Below, in pieces: positions 48,787 to 59,440 of a stretch of 64,000 nt of DNA. This stretch comes from Phycisphaerae bacterium (lineage in GTDB: Bacteria > Planctomycetota > Phycisphaerae > UBA1845 > Fen-1342). The position numbers and the translations under genes are program-made. The notes below the pieces were generated by a model. That model saw only the letters and a list, made by a program, of their open reading frames with translations. It was not told the DNA's origin and did not search any database. The DNA is taken from the NCBI GenBank assembly GCA_963675745.2, contig CAXXWX010000026.1, positions 608,001-672,000 on the forward strand, in the 5' to 3' direction. How positions within the stretch are numbered: the stretch's first letter is position 1; each line of letters starts with the position of its first letter.

Positions 48787-50685
48787 CTACCAGACGGTGG
48801 GCTGCCAGCGCCCGTGCCACAGCTCCAGCATAAGCAGGGCCCACAACGGGTGCTCGTGATTGTGGCGGCCCGATAAGTGTTGATCGACAAAGGTGCGCAG
48901 CCACTTCGGCCTGAATATTCGGGCGCACAGCGCGTCGGGGGCAAAAAGCCGCTGCTCCAGCAGCCCGCGCAGGTCGCCGCGAAACCACTCGCCGACCGGC
49001 ACACCAAAGCCCATCTTGGGTCGCCGGAGCACCGCGGCAGGCAGCAGCGGGGCAGCCCAGTCCCTGAGAATCCGCTTGTTCATGCGCCATGAGAGCGGCA
49101 GCGAAAGCGCAAATTCGACCAGCTCGTGGTCGAGGAACGGGGACCGGCACTCGAGGCCCCACGCCATCGAGGCAATGTCAAGCTTGGTCAGGAGATCGAA
49201 GGGCAGATAGCTGGCGAAGTCGGTGTGGATCGCGCGATTCGCCGCCCGGCCCGGGGCGAATTCGTACAGGTGATCGAACCACGCCAGTGGCTCTTGAAAG
49301 CCGATCCGCTCGGCGAAGTCGGAGCAATAGCCGGCGCCGAGCATCTCGGGCGTAAAGACGTTGACCCACGACAAGTAGCGGCGCGCCGGAGTCTTGCCGA
49401 CGGCGCTCAGGAAGCGATACAGTCGGCGGGTGAACGACTTCGCGCGCCCACGCGGCAACAGTCCTCCCAGCCGCGCGATGGTCGCGCGGCCGACGATCGG
49501 CAACACGTCACCCCACGCCGCCCACGCCGCGGCCCGGTAGCGATCATAGCCGGCCAGGCACTCATCCCCACCGTCGCCCGTGAGCGCCACGGTCACCGAC
49601 TCGCGCGTGTGGCGCGAAACGTAGTACGTCGGGATCGCCGACGAGTCGGCGAAGGGCTCATCGTAGTGCCAGGCCAGCGAATCGAGAACGTCCGTGGCTT
49701 CGGGCGTCACAGACGCTTCATGGTGCTCCGTGTCGAAGTGGCCGGCGACCATGCGCGCATAGGCCGTTTCGTCATAGCGCTTGTCCGGGAAGCCGATCGA
49801 GAATGTTCGCAGCGGCGACACGCCAAGTTTGCGCATCAGGCCGACGACGATCGAGGAGTCGAGACCACCCGAGAGAAACGCGCCCAGCGGCACATCGGAA
49901 ACCAGGCGCCTCTCCACGGCGCGCGTCAGCAGTCCGCCGAGGCGGTCACGGGCGGCGGCGTAGCTGCCGGTAAAGGGCTTACCGCGCTGGAACGGGCTGG
50001 GCGGCATTTGCCAGAACGGGTGCGCGGTATCAGCCTCGCCATCCCGAACGTGCAGGAAACAACCGGGCAGCAGCTTGCGGACACTCTTGTAAACCGCATG
50101 TGGCGCGGGGATGTATTGAAACAGCAGGTAGCTGTGCAGCGCCTGTGGATCGATTTCGCGCCGCACACATTTGACCGCCATCAGCGCCTTCAATTCGCTG
50201 GCAAAATAGAGCCGGCCGTCGGCGAACGCGTAGTACAACGGCTTTTTTCCGAAGCGGTCGCGCGCCAGCAGCAGGTCGTTGCGTTCCGCGTCCCACAGCG
50301 CAACGGCAAACATGCCGCTGAGACGTTCGAAGCAATCCTCACCCCACTCGCAATACGCGTGAACGATGACCTCGGCGTCACCGCGCGTGCGGAACAGGTG
50401 CCCCGCCGCCCTCAACTCATCACGCAACTCGCGAAAGTTGTAGATCTCGCCATTGAAGACGACGTGAACGTTGCCGGCCTGGTTGGTGATGGGTTGCTGC
50501 CCGGTCTCAAGATCGATGATGGCCAGCCGGCGGAACCCGAGCGCGCAGCGGCCACTGGGGTCGGCGTAATAGCCTTCGTCGTCGGGCCCGCGGTGGACAA
50601 GCTGCGCCGTCATGGCGCGCACCTCGTCAGCATCCACGCAGGGCGTATCGGGTGCGAGGCCAACGATTCCGGCGATGCCACACAT
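48787..50685 (-). CDS. asnB: Asparagine synthase (glutamine-hydrolysing) family amidotransferase
   Basis: MCGIAG, HRGPD, RRLAIID, FNGEIYN, LSGGLDSS, TGDGGDE, RSPFLD. Confidence 0.93.
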   Translation of the reverse strand: MCGIAGIVGLAPDTPCVDADEVRAMTAQLVHRGPDDEGYYADPSGRCALGFRRLAIIDLETGQQPITNQAGNVHVVFNGEIYNFRELRDELRAAGHLFRTRGDAEVIVHAYCEWGEDCFERLSGMFAVALWDAERNDLLLARDRFGKKPLYYAFADGRLYFASELKALMAVKCVRREIDPQALHSYLLFQYIPAPHAVYKSVRKLLPGCFLHVRDGEADTAHPFWQMPPSPFQRGKPFTGSYAAARDRLGGLLTRAVERRLVSDVPLGAFLSGGLDSSIVVGLMRKLGVSPLRTFSIGFPDKRYDETAYARMVAGHFDTEHHEASVTPEATDVLDSLAWHYDEPFADSSAIPTYYVSRHTRESVTVALTGDGGDECLAGYDRYRAAAWAAWGDVLPIVGRATIARLGGLLPRGRAKSFTRRLYRFLSAVGKTPARRYLSWVNVFTPEMLGAGYCSDFAERIGFQEPLAWFDHLYEFAPGRAANRAIHTDFASYLPFDLLTKLDIASMAWGLECRSPFLDHELVEFALSLPLSWRMNKRILRDWAAPLLPAAVLRRPKMGFGVPVGEWFRGDLRGLLEQRLFAPDALCARIFRPKWLRTFVDQHLSGRHNHEHPLWALLMLELWHGRWQPTVW

Positions 50686-50807
50686 TAGAAGGGCAAGTCC
50701 TGAGAACCAAGTTCATCACGCCCGACCCCCGAGTCGAATGGCGCTTGCACGTCGGCGTTATCTCCGCGACACGGCCGACTCGGGGATCGGCCGCCGCGCT
50801 TCCGCGA

Positions 50808-51608
50808 TCAGGCCTTCTGGCAATCCGGGCACATGTGCGTGCCGCGCTGGGCCACGACAATACGTTCGATCGGTGTCTGGCAGACAGGGCAGGGCTGGCC
50901 TGTGCGGCCGTAGACGTTTAAGTAATCCTGCATGCGCCCTCCGAGATACGCCCAGTCGAAGGACGTTCCACAATGACGGATGGCCTTGCGCAATACGAAC
51001 CTGATCGCCTCGTGCAGGCGCTGTATCCGGCGGAGCGATAGCTTGTCGGCGCGCGTCAAGGGGTGCAGCCCCGCGCGAAAAAGAGACTCATCCGCATATA
51101 TGTTGCCCAGCCCAGCGATCACATTCTGATCCAGCAATAACGGCTTAAGCGGCCGCGCGCGTCTCTGGAGGATGGCCGCCAGCACATTCACGGTGAAACC
51201 ACGGTCGAGGGGTTCGGGGCCCAGATCGGCCGTGGTCGCGCCCAAGTCAGGTGTATATACGATGCGGCCGAACTTGCGTGCGTCACAAAACAGAAGTCGC
51301 TCACCGCCGTCGAGTTCCCAGTACGCCCGGATGTGTTTGGGTGTCGAGTCGCAGTCGGGCCCCCACTCCAGCCGACCACTCATGCGCAGATGGACCAGCA
51401 GGAAACCGCTGTCGCCAAGCTCCGCCACGATGTTCTTTCCCCGGCGTGTGAGTCGGCGGATGGTCGAGCCTTGCAGCTTCCGCCGCACCAAGGCGAAACT
51501 GGGTGAGGCGTGCTTCTTCCAATGCGACACAAAGCGCGTGATCCGCCGCCCTTCCAGGCGCCTGCGAAAGGTACGTACGATCGTCTCAACTTCGGGCAGT
51601 TCCGGCAT
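50808..51608 (-). CDS. mutM: Formamidopyrimidine-DNA glycosylase
   Basis: MPELPEVE, HLRMSG, DARKFG, LLLDQ..AGLGNIYADE, C-terminal zinc finger. Confidence 0.93.
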   Translation of the reverse strand: MPELPEVETIVRTFRRRLEGRRITRFVSHWKKHASPSFALVRRKLQGSTIRRLTRRGKNIVAELGDSGFLLVHLRMSGRLEWGPDCDSTPKHIRAYWELDGGERLLFCDARKFGRIVYTPDLGATTADLGPEPLDRGFTVNVLAAILQRRARPLKPLLLDQNVIAGLGNIYADESLFRAGLHPLTRADKLSLRRIQRLHEAIRFVLRKAIRHCGTSFDWAYLGGRMQDYLNVYGRTGQPCPVCQTPIERIVVAQRGTHMCPDCQKA

Positions 51609-51798
51609 GCCGGGATTGTACGGCACGCAACGGCGATGCCGCCAATGGTCAGCGCGAAGCCGCACCGTGCCGCGGGCAGGTGTGGCACATCGCACGCCGC
51701 GGCATTTGATGCTCGGCCGGCCTATGGCAAGGGGCGGTGCGCGCGAACATCCCGGCCCGGCTATGTCGCCGGGTGCCGTGGTCCAGCGTTACGCACGG

Positions 51799-52794
51799 CT
51801 ACCGCGCTTTGTGGTCGAATACCGCCTCGATGAGACCGTCGCCGCGACCGGTGCCGAAATAGCCCTCAGGCCGGCGGAACTTGGTCGGCCCCGTGGTACC
51901 GGTGATCGGCTGGGCCAGGTTATTGCCGAACCCGCCGTTGACCGCCGCGAGCGACCGATTGGAAGTGTTGGAGAACACAGCGCCACCCTGGCCCGGCCCG
52001 GTTACACCCAGACCCGAATTGCGCCCGCGATCAACGGCGACGAAGAGATCATCCTGCCCGAGCAAGTCGGGGATCGCCACGTTGCGGCGGATATTGGCCT
52101 CGAGGGCCCAGGTGCGCATCGCCTGCGTGACCGCCTCGCGCGGCCGCAACAGCCGGCGCTGATTGGTGGCGTTGTTGATCGCCTCGACGAGCCCGCGTTC
52201 GAGGAGAAAGACCTCGAACTCACCGGTGCCGCGCGTATACGAGAGCCCGAAATTCCAGGTGCCGCGTTTTGACAACGAGGCGACGGGGCTGTCGACGGTA
52301 AAATCTGACTTAAGTCCCCCTTCGGCGACGCCGGCCCTGATTTTTCCATATCCGACGCCGATGCGCACGCGTTTGGTGTCGGCGGTCTTGTGCGCTTCGC
52401 TGAGGATGACCTTGCCGACCGAGTCGATGACGAGGGCCGTATAGGGCTCTTCGTCTCCGATCTGGAAGAGCACGGAAGCTCCGATTCCGGTCCAGATCTG
52501 GGCATCCTTGCCGAGTTCGCCGCCGACTTCGAGCTTTTGGCGCTCCGGATTGTCGGGCGTCGAGAAGCGCACGTCGCCGTGGACGTCGATAGCCTTCGCG
52601 AAGATAGCCTGAGTGCCGTTATTATCGGCGGGTGGGGCTTCCCTGACCGACGTGGGCGGCGCAGCCGCCGGCTGCGGCACCGATGCCGTGTCTTGTGCGA
52701 CAACGTGATGCCCGAGCGTGAGTATACAGACTATCGCACAGCACGCCGCCGCGTGTCGGCTTCTGACCCCAAGTCGCATCGCACGTAGCATCAT
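51799..52794 (-). CDS. Secreted FecR-like domain protein
   Basis: Signal peptide; V.GDV.., I.TG, G.I.A, FTVDSPVASLSKRGT.F. Confidence 0.6.
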   Translation of the reverse strand: MMLRAMRLGVRSRHAAACCAIVCILTLGHHVVAQDTASVPQPAAAPPTSVREAPPADNNGTQAIFAKAIDVHGDVRFSTPDNPERQKLEVGGELGKDAQIWTGIGASVLFQIGDEEPYTALVIDSVGKVILSEAHKTADTKRVRIGVGYGKIRAGVAEGGLKSDFTVDSPVASLSKRGTWNFGLSYTRGTGEFEVFLLERGLVEAINNATNQRRLLRPREAVTQAMRTWALEANIRRNVAIPDLLGQDDLFVAVDRGRNSGLGVTGPGQGGAVFSNTSNRSLAAVNGGFGNNLAQPITGTTGPTKFRRPEGYFGTGRGDGLIEAVFDHKAR

Positions 52795-52950
52795 CAGACT
52801 CCTCGTAGCGGCGTTGGACGCCGATTGTAAGACAGCCCGGTCACCAACATACTAATGATTCCCCGCTTTCCGCGCCACGTCAACCTCGGCGGCGGTTCGG
52901 TATTTCGTGCGCGCACCGGCAGGCTGCTCTTGTTGTGCCCGAGTGTCGCG

Positions 52951-53829
52951 TTAATCGCCGATCGTAAAGCCCTGGTCACGCCAGAATTCGCGGTTTACGC
53001 GGGCTGACTCACGTGGCGATTCGAGGGCGGTTTCGTCGATTTCTGTCGTGATCCAGCCGTCATAACCGCTCTCGCGCAGCAGTGACACGATATTCGGCAG
53101 GTCTATCTGGCCCTCGGCCAGTTCGCAGAACAGCGGGACCCGCTGCGTTGCGGCAGTTGCACCGGCGGCGCGCTCGCGCTGCCATTCGATTTCGCGGCGC
53201 CAATTCTCTGCAGTGTAGCACGCCGGCACGTTCTTGAGGTGCATGTACGCTATGCGCTCGATGTAGCGGCGGAAGAAATCAAGTGCGTCGTAGCCGCCGA
53301 GCACGAGGTGGGCGGGATCAGGTCCGGCGAACAGTAATTGAGGATCGGTGAGCTCGAAAATGCGATCAACGTTGGCTTTCTCCTCTCCGATGGTGCCGAT
53401 GTGCGGGTGGTAGCAGGCCTGCACGCCGACCTCCAGTGCCGCCGCCCCGATCTGGTTCATCGTCTCGCAGAGGTCCTTGACGTCGTCGTCGGTGAAGTGG
53501 TCCTGGCCGTAGGCGTCGCGGCGCCGATGTCCGCCGCCGAGCATCATGCGTTGCCCGCCGACCTCCGCGATGAAACCCGCCACGCGCCGGTTGTACTCAA
53601 CATCCCGGGCGCGCGTCTCGCGCAACATGTCGCCCCCGCCGTATAAGGCGATCAGCTTCAGCCCGTGGTCATGCAACACGCGCCGAAACAGCTTGGGATT
53701 GTCGGCGTACTGGTCGGCGACGCACGTAAAACACTCGATTCCTTCGTAGCCCAGATCCGAAATGTCCTTGATCGCGCCGAGCGTATCGGGGCCCCAGGTG
53801 ATAGCGTGGTAGCCCAGTCTGATTCCCAT
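52951..53829 (-). CDS. Sugar phosphate isomerase/epimerase (IolE-like TIM barrel)
   Basis: ITWG, LGYEGIE, YHPHIGT, DPAH, YMHLK, GYDGWITTEID. Confidence 0.85.
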   Translation of the reverse strand: MGIRLGYHAITWGPDTLGAIKDISDLGYEGIECFTCVADQYADNPKLFRRVLHDHGLKLIALYGGGDMLRETRARDVEYNRRVAGFIAEVGGQRMMLGGGHRRRDAYGQDHFTDDDVKDLCETMNQIGAAALEVGVQACYHPHIGTIGEEKANVDRIFELTDPQLLFAGPDPAHLVLGGYDALDFFRRYIERIAYMHLKNVPACYTAENWRREIEWQRERAAGATAATQRVPLFCELAEGQIDLPNIVSLLRESGYDGWITTEIDETALESPRESARVNREFWRDQGFTIGD

Positions 53830-53838
53830 TGGTCGCCC

Positions 53839-55272
53839 TCAATCGTGTGTCGCTTCTGACCGCACGAGTAACATCCCCGGCACGAGCCGTCGCGTCAACG
53901 CCACGCGCGGGGCAAAACCCAGAACGACGTCGGCCCGCGCACAGAGGATCACGCCGACGGCGACGGGCTGCTGGTCTTCCCAAATGCTGACGACAGCGCC
54001 GGCGGCCGGGGCATCAACTTCGCATACCGCCGAAAATAGCGCCCCGTCGGCCACGTCGGTGATTTGTCCCAGCACTGCCGGGGGCGAAACGGGTGGGGCG
54101 AAACGCACCTCGTCCCCGGCTCGGAGCGTCGCGCCGCTCTCGGCTGCCACGCGGGCATAGACGCGCTGCACGCGCAGCACGGCTGCGCCGCCAATGTGTT
54201 CGCCGCCGCGCGAGACCGTGCCGACTTCGCCGACACGCAAGCCTTCGCGCTGGCCGGCGTTTACCAGGAACTCACCCGCGGCTGACTCGAATATCCGTGT
54301 CTCAAACCGGCCGGCCGCAATGTCCGCCATTGTGCGAATCACCGCAGTATCGCCGACCTGTGGCAACGCGCTTCTGACGCCGGCGTCGTCCGGTTGCGTG
54401 CTGGGAGCCGTTGTCGGCACGGTGGTTGGCTGCGTCGCCGGAGGATGTCCTTCGGTGCTGGGAGCGAAGACCCGCACGTACCAGAAGCGAGTGTCACTGT
54501 GGCTGACCAGACCGTGGGCTACGTAGCGCCCGTCGTGCCGGAAATCCACGTTGATGTCCGTCGCGGCCTCGATACCGGGCGGGGCGGCGATCCAGGCGGT
54601 CACACTCGAATCGGTTTCATCAACGAACGACACGTGCGAGCTGGCGCGACCGGCGCGCCGCTCCCCGGGCGCGGGCCACATCGTGACCGATTGGCCCGGG
54701 AAAATCCGCGGGGCGCGCGTGAGCGGGACGGCATTGCAAAACGCGCCCGGCCCCGTGGTGACCAGCACGTGCAGGCGGGCCACCGGCTGACCGCCGAGCA
54801 ACGCGATCCACGTGTCGCCGACCACAACGCCGGCGTCACTGCCCGCATCAAGCCACGCCGTGCGTAATCCCGGTCCCAGGCCGGCAATCCGCGCGGTCAA
54901 CTGCCCGTCGGCCGGCCAACGGTCAATCAGGGATGCGACGAGGCGCGGCGATACAAGCCAGGCCCCGCTGATCGCCGTCCCTTCCTCCGGCGTGGCCGCA
55001 TGCGTGCGCGCGAAGACCGCGGCGTCTTCGCTGTTGGAGTGCCAATCGAACCACCCGCGCGGGCGCTCATCGGCGAACAGGGCCAGCCGCCAGCCGGCCT
55101 CCGGGATGAGCTGTCCCGAGTTCCGTAGCCGGACGATCACCAATTGCCCGTCTACCGAGAAGTCGCCTTCGTCAACTCTGACAATCTCCGCGGCGAGAGC
55201 CCAGTCAACGGGCAGCAGACCGCAGACGAGCGTGACACAGATGATGTACCGGCACCGGCCCATGTCGGGCAT
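53839..55272 (-). CDS. Secreted hypothetical protein with FlgT C-terminal-like beta repeats
   Basis: Signal peptide; LDAGSDAGVVVGD and VNAGQREGLRVGE motifs. Confidence 0.5.
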   Translation of the reverse strand: MPDMGRCRYIICVTLVCGLLPVDWALAAEIVRVDEGDFSVDGQLVIVRLRNSGQLIPEAGWRLALFADERPRGWFDWHSNSEDAAVFARTHAATPEEGTAISGAWLVSPRLVASLIDRWPADGQLTARIAGLGPGLRTAWLDAGSDAGVVVGDTWIALLGGQPVARLHVLVTTGPGAFCNAVPLTRAPRIFPGQSVTMWPAPGERRAGRASSHVSFVDETDSSVTAWIAAPPGIEAATDINVDFRHDGRYVAHGLVSHSDTRFWYVRVFAPSTEGHPPATQPTTVPTTAPSTQPDDAGVRSALPQVGDTAVIRTMADIAAGRFETRIFESAAGEFLVNAGQREGLRVGEVGTVSRGGEHIGGAAVLRVQRVYARVAAESGATLRAGDEVRFAPPVSPPAVLGQITDVADGALFSAVCEVDAPAAGAVVSIWEDQQPVAVGVILCARADVVLGFAPRVALTRRLVPGMLLVRSEATHD

Positions 55273-55327
55273 TCTACTGCCGATTCACGAATAGTCGCAC
55301 GGAACCGGCGGGTGCCCAAGGGCACGC

Positions 55328-55425
55328 GGGTGCCCCATGGCTTGCCGTGGGGGACTGACTCCGAACGACGAATGAACTCGCGGTGCCGATACAGTCAGTC
55401 CCCCACGCCAAGGCGTGGGGCACCC
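55328..55425. repeat. Inverted REP doublet (REPIN-like)
   Basis: gggtgccccatggcttgccgtgggggactgact ... agtcagtcccccacgccaaggcgtggggcaccc. Confidence 0.75.
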
Positions 55426-55545
55426 ATGCGCCTCAAGCCATTCTGTGCGGCAGCGAGAGACACGGCTCACAGAGCCGTGGCACACGTCGGGTCTCTGATA
55501 GCCGGGCCGGCGTGTCTCGTTGCTCGACATACCGTACGCCTACCC

Positions 55546-56232
55546 CTACCGGGCTTGGAACATGCCGCCGTGACGTTGCACGAGTCGCTCTCGTGTCTTG
55601 CGGCGAGCAATCTCCACCGCGACGTCGCGCTGAAGCGGCTCGAGGATCGCCTTGAGCCAGCGGTACAGGCCGCAGAACAGAAGCAGGGCACCGGCCGCGG
55701 CCGCCAGGCCCACGATGCAGGTGATGATTCCAATCAACAATCCGCCGCGCTCGAACGCCTGAAACGCCAGGTACAGGACAGCCCCCATCGAGCCGATGGT
55801 GGTTGGTATCCCGATCAGCCCGACCAGGTGATACAACACCAACGCATTGCCCCAACCCGGACGTCGCATGCACGAGCTGCGGAAGCGAAACAGGCCGGCA
55901 ATCCACAAGGCGACGGCACCGAACGCCAAGATACCGAGGGCGGTCCAGAGCTCCACCGGACCATTCTGGTTGCTGAAGCTCCCGAGCACTAGCGCCCAGA
56001 AGCCCACCTGCGCCGGTAAGCCAAAGAGGATCGACGCCACACAGTACGCCGGCGCGGATTCCAGGCGTTCGAGTTGCTCCTTGATATACTTCGCCGGTAT
56101 CTCAACGTCGCCGATCGGGTTCAGGTTACCGCATTCCGGGCAGCGCACAGGATCGCCGCTCAGCCCGCGCAGGTTGTAGCCGCAGGACAGGCAGTACAGG
56201 TCAATCCGAATGGTGCCGGCCGGTTCGGTCAT
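55546..56232 (-). CDS. Zn-ribbon (CxxCGYNLRGL...CPECG) membrane protein
   Basis: CLSCGYNLRGLSGDPVRCPECG followed by 4 TM helices. Confidence 0.7.
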   Translation of the reverse strand: MTEPAGTIRIDLYCLSCGYNLRGLSGDPVRCPECGNLNPIGDVEIPAKYIKEQLERLESAPAYCVASILFGLPAQVGFWALVLGSFSNQNGPVELWTALGILAFGAVALWIAGLFRFRSSCMRRPGWGNALVLYHLVGLIGIPTTIGSMGAVLYLAFQAFERGGLLIGIITCIVGLAAAAGALLLFCGLYRWLKAILEPLQRDVAVEIARRKTRERLVQRHGGMFQAR

Positions 56233-56274
56233 GCGCCCCACACCTGGTTACGCGTTCACGTGGCACCGCCGGAC

Positions 56275-56304
56275 GGGTGCCCCATGGCTTGCCATGGGGG
56301 ACTG
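56275..56304. repeat. Single REP-like palindrome, same family as 55328
   Basis: gggtgccccatggcttgccatgggggactg. Confidence 0.7.
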
Positions 56305-56307
56305 GCC

Positions 56308-57933
56308 CTACGGCGTCGCCTCGTCCCACACAGGCAGCCGAAACTGGTCCGGCCGCTCCTTTATCACGCGGCGCTGCCAACTCTCGGAATAGCCGCCCTC
56401 TTGCGGACGACCCTCATCATCCTTGACATAGCCATCGTTGTATTTGCACACCAGGTGTTCGCCAAGCTCGCGCCAGCGCTTCGTCACCAGCTCGGCTTGC
56501 GAAACGCAGTAGCCGGTCAGATATCGCCGCATCAGCTCGACGTCGGCCCCGTGAAGTTCGAGCGCGGCTTTCTCAATGACTGGCTGAAGCCTGAGGAATT
56601 GCCCCTCCAGCTCCCGCTGCACCGCCTGGATATCCTCGATCATTAGCGCGTACTTGATGTTGGCGAAGTTGGCGACGAAGTTGAACGTCCACCACGCGCT
56701 GTCCCACGAGAACTTGCCCAGTTCGCCAACCGTGTACGACTCGGGCAATTCGTCAATGCAGCAATAAAGGGGGAAGTAGCAGGTCGTATACGTGTCGTCG
56801 ACGCCATACCACAACACGCCGCCGATCGAATCGGGCAGCCAGTCGCGTGATTGTGAAACGGTTGAATAGCCGGTCTGTTGCGTCGAGATCGGGCGTTCCC
56901 AGGCATACTCGACACCGTCGACCTTCCAGTGCATCGGCCGCCAGCGATTGGGGGTGCCATACGGGCCGGCGTCGACACCCTTGGTCATGTCGAAGTCCGT
57001 GCCCTCGTAGTGGTCGCGCATCAGGGCGAACACGTCGGCAACACTCAACTTCTTGTCCGGCTTGATCGACAGCGGATAGGCGGGGGCGTTCTTGACGCCG
57101 CGGTGGTGGTCGGGTGACAGCTTCAGTGACGGCGCCGCTCGGTTGAAGATGCTCCAGACGCGCGCTTCGGCGTAGCGGACATTCTTGGGCGTGGGTGGGC
57201 AGTACACGTCTCGGAAGCTGAACGCGACTCCTGGCATCGGGTCGAACAGGCCCTTGTCTATCGCAAACGAGATGACGTTCTCCGAATAAACGCAGTTTTC
57301 CGGATCGTCCAGCGGAAACTCGCCGATCCGCAGCTTGTTCGCATGCGCCGAGATGTGTCCGTCAGGAACGCGCACGGCGACCCAGATCGCGCCTTCACCG
57401 CCCGGGCCGGGGCCGATCATCTCCAGTATCCAGGCTTCCTGCGTGTCGGCGATCGAGAATGACTCGGCGGTCGAGCGATAGCCGTACTCGGCCGCCAGGT
57501 CCGTCATGACCTTGATCGCCTCGCGCGCTGTCTTGGCGCGCTGCAAGGCGTACGTCATCAGGTCCCAATAGTGCAGCATGCCCTCGGGGTTCTGTAGCTC
57601 CTCGCGACCGGTGGCCGTCGTTTCACTGATGGCCAGTTGATGCTCGTTGATCAGCCCGACGACGGCGTACGTGTGAGGAACCTGCTCGATCGTGCCGTGC
57701 AGCTTGCCCGACCAGTCCTTGACCTCGATCGTGGCGCCCGGCTCGTGGTCGGCGGCCGGTGTGCGACGCAGGTGCGGGTGAAACTCGCCATCACACGTGT
57801 AGGTGATCATGACCGAACCATCCGCCGACGCCCCCTTGGTAACCAGCAGGTTGGTGCAGGCACGGGTTGATGGGACGTGCCAGAGAATCAGAACCGACAG
57901 GCACACAAGCGACGTCAGCACACGTGAAATCAT
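56308..57933 (-). CDS. Secreted peptidase family C69 (dipeptidase)
   Basis: Signal peptide then CTNLLVTKGASADGS (N-terminal nucleophile Cys); NEHQLAISETT, RAKTAREAI, MRDHYEGT, ERPIS. Confidence 0.88.
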   Translation of the reverse strand: MISRVLTSLVCLSVLILWHVPSTRACTNLLVTKGASADGSVMITYTCDGEFHPHLRRTPAADHEPGATIEVKDWSGKLHGTIEQVPHTYAVVGLINEHQLAISETTATGREELQNPEGMLHYWDLMTYALQRAKTAREAIKVMTDLAAEYGYRSTAESFSIADTQEAWILEMIGPGPGGEGAIWVAVRVPDGHISAHANKLRIGEFPLDDPENCVYSENVISFAIDKGLFDPMPGVAFSFRDVYCPPTPKNVRYAEARVWSIFNRAAPSLKLSPDHHRGVKNAPAYPLSIKPDKKLSVADVFALMRDHYEGTDFDMTKGVDAGPYGTPNRWRPMHWKVDGVEYAWERPISTQQTGYSTVSQSRDWLPDSIGGVLWYGVDDTYTTCYFPLYCCIDELPESYTVGELGKFSWDSAWWTFNFVANFANIKYALMIEDIQAVQRELEGQFLRLQPVIEKAALELHGADVELMRRYLTGYCVSQAELVTKRWRELGEHLVCKYNDGYVKDDEGRPQEGGYSESWQRRVIKERPDQFRLPVWDEATP

Positions 57934-58215
57934 GATCGAGCCCTCTGGTCTGCTGAATTCGACTGCCCCGCGCGATACGAGGTCGGCGGGCATTGTACGC
58001 TGCGGTGGTCGAATACGCGCGGGCGTGGGCAGCGCCAGTCTCTGGCGTGAACACCCCCACCTGCCCCTTATCGGGCAGGTTCGCTAACCAGTGCGATCGG
58101 CGAAAGCCGCGATCAAGCGGCGTGACTGGATGCTGTTGGAACTTCTTGCTGGAGGGAGTACCCGACTGTCTGCGCGAGCCGTCGAGGCGCCGCCGTGAGC
58201 CCGTTCTGAGAGACG

Positions 58216-59148
58216 CTATTCTCCTGCGCCCCCGCCCCGCCGGAATCGCACGCGGTGGTTTTTCTGATCCAAGGTGACGGCGAAGTCCTTGAGTAAGCGT
58301 GAGCCGATGTTCCCAGCATCATAGGTCAACATCGGACCGAGATCCGCGAAGTTGATGCGGGGCTTATCCCATTCGTGCTTGCCGAGTTTGAGGGTTCCGT
58401 CGAGCATGGCAGAGCGGACTACGGCCTCGCCCTGAGGCGTTCGAGCCTTGCCCACCACCCGTGGCTTGCCCTTCAGGGGCAGCTCTTTCTGAAGCTTGTT
58501 CAACACGGTGACGAGAGCGGGCGAGCCGGTGTCGAGGTGAGCCTTGACGGGCACGCCGGCGGCCGAGAGCGTCACTGTCACACCATAGTCGTGCTTCTCT
58601 TCGCCCGAGTACTCGATCGTCTCGCCATCAGGCGGCGGCAGCGTGCCCGACTCGAGCCGCACGCGCCGCTTGGGGAAATCGAGCGTAAGCAGGCAGTCTT
58701 GGAACAACGGCAACCCCAGAATCCCGACAATCCCGTGGCTGTCCGCCGGCATACACCCGCCGACGTCCGAGCAAATCGCCGGGAACGACGAGAATTTCGC
58801 CTCACCGATCGCCAGCGTGCCAATCTCGACGGTCTCCAGCGTCTCGTCTTCGGTCTGCAACTTGCGCGTGCCGCTTTCGGCGAGCTTCAGGTTTTTGACC
58901 AGTGCGTTATTCAGCACCGCCGGAAAGGTGGTGCCGGTGTCGATGAGCAGCTTGAACGGCCCCTGACCGTTGACCCTGGCCTCGACCACCGGTCGGCCTC
59001 CCCAATCATCCATCGACACGGATACCGTCGGCTTGTGCAGCTCGGTGCGCTGCGGACCGGGCGCGCGCTCCGGCGTCGTCTGCGCCTGCCCGAGCTGTTG
59101 TGAAAACAAGGCCACCAGCAGCGCCACGCACACCTCTCGGATTGACAT
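58216..59148 (-). CDS. Secreted two-domain retropepsin-like aspartyl protease
   Basis: LLIDTGT and AHLDTGS motifs; GILG; GNIG. Confidence 0.8.
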   Translation of the reverse strand: MSIREVCVALLVALFSQQLGQAQTTPERAPGPQRTELHKPTVSVSMDDWGGRPVVEARVNGQGPFKLLIDTGTTFPAVLNNALVKNLKLAESGTRKLQTEDETLETVEIGTLAIGEAKFSSFPAICSDVGGCMPADSHGIVGILGLPLFQDCLLTLDFPKRRVRLESGTLPPPDGETIEYSGEEKHDYGVTVTLSAAGVPVKAHLDTGSPALVTVLNKLQKELPLKGKPRVVGKARTPQGEAVVRSAMLDGTLKLGKHEWDKPRINFADLGPMLTYDAGNIGSRLLKDFAVTLDQKNHRVRFRRGGGAGE

Positions 59149-59207
59149 TACGAACTCCCTCGTCATCAGACGCCAGATGCGCGACGCGTCGTGTCCCCAA
59201 ACCGGCG

Positions 59208-59240
59208 TTCATCACCCGGCGATTCATCACCCGGCGATTC
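59208..59240. repeat. 15-bp tandem repeat upstream of the protease gene
   Basis: ttcatcacccggcga x2 plus ttc. Confidence 0.7.
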
Positions 59241-59440
59241 GACACGACCTGTACTGACACTAGACGAGTCGAAAGCCGGCTGCCTGTCACGATTCGCGCC
59301 ACAAGATCGGTGGCGGACGGCCGCGTCAATATCGGATCGGCGAACCAGATGCCCGGGACACCGACATTCCGCTGCAAAAACAGCCCTCGCCAACGCCGGC
59401 GCATGAGAAAGGCCTTGATGTGCAGGGGATCGTGATGAAT

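Noticed and set aside
49126..50688. Long antisense ORFs (also 9107..10279, 7373..8440, 35323..36912, 61421..62446)
   Set aside because: Shadow ORFs opposite well-supported genes, expected in high-GC DNA.
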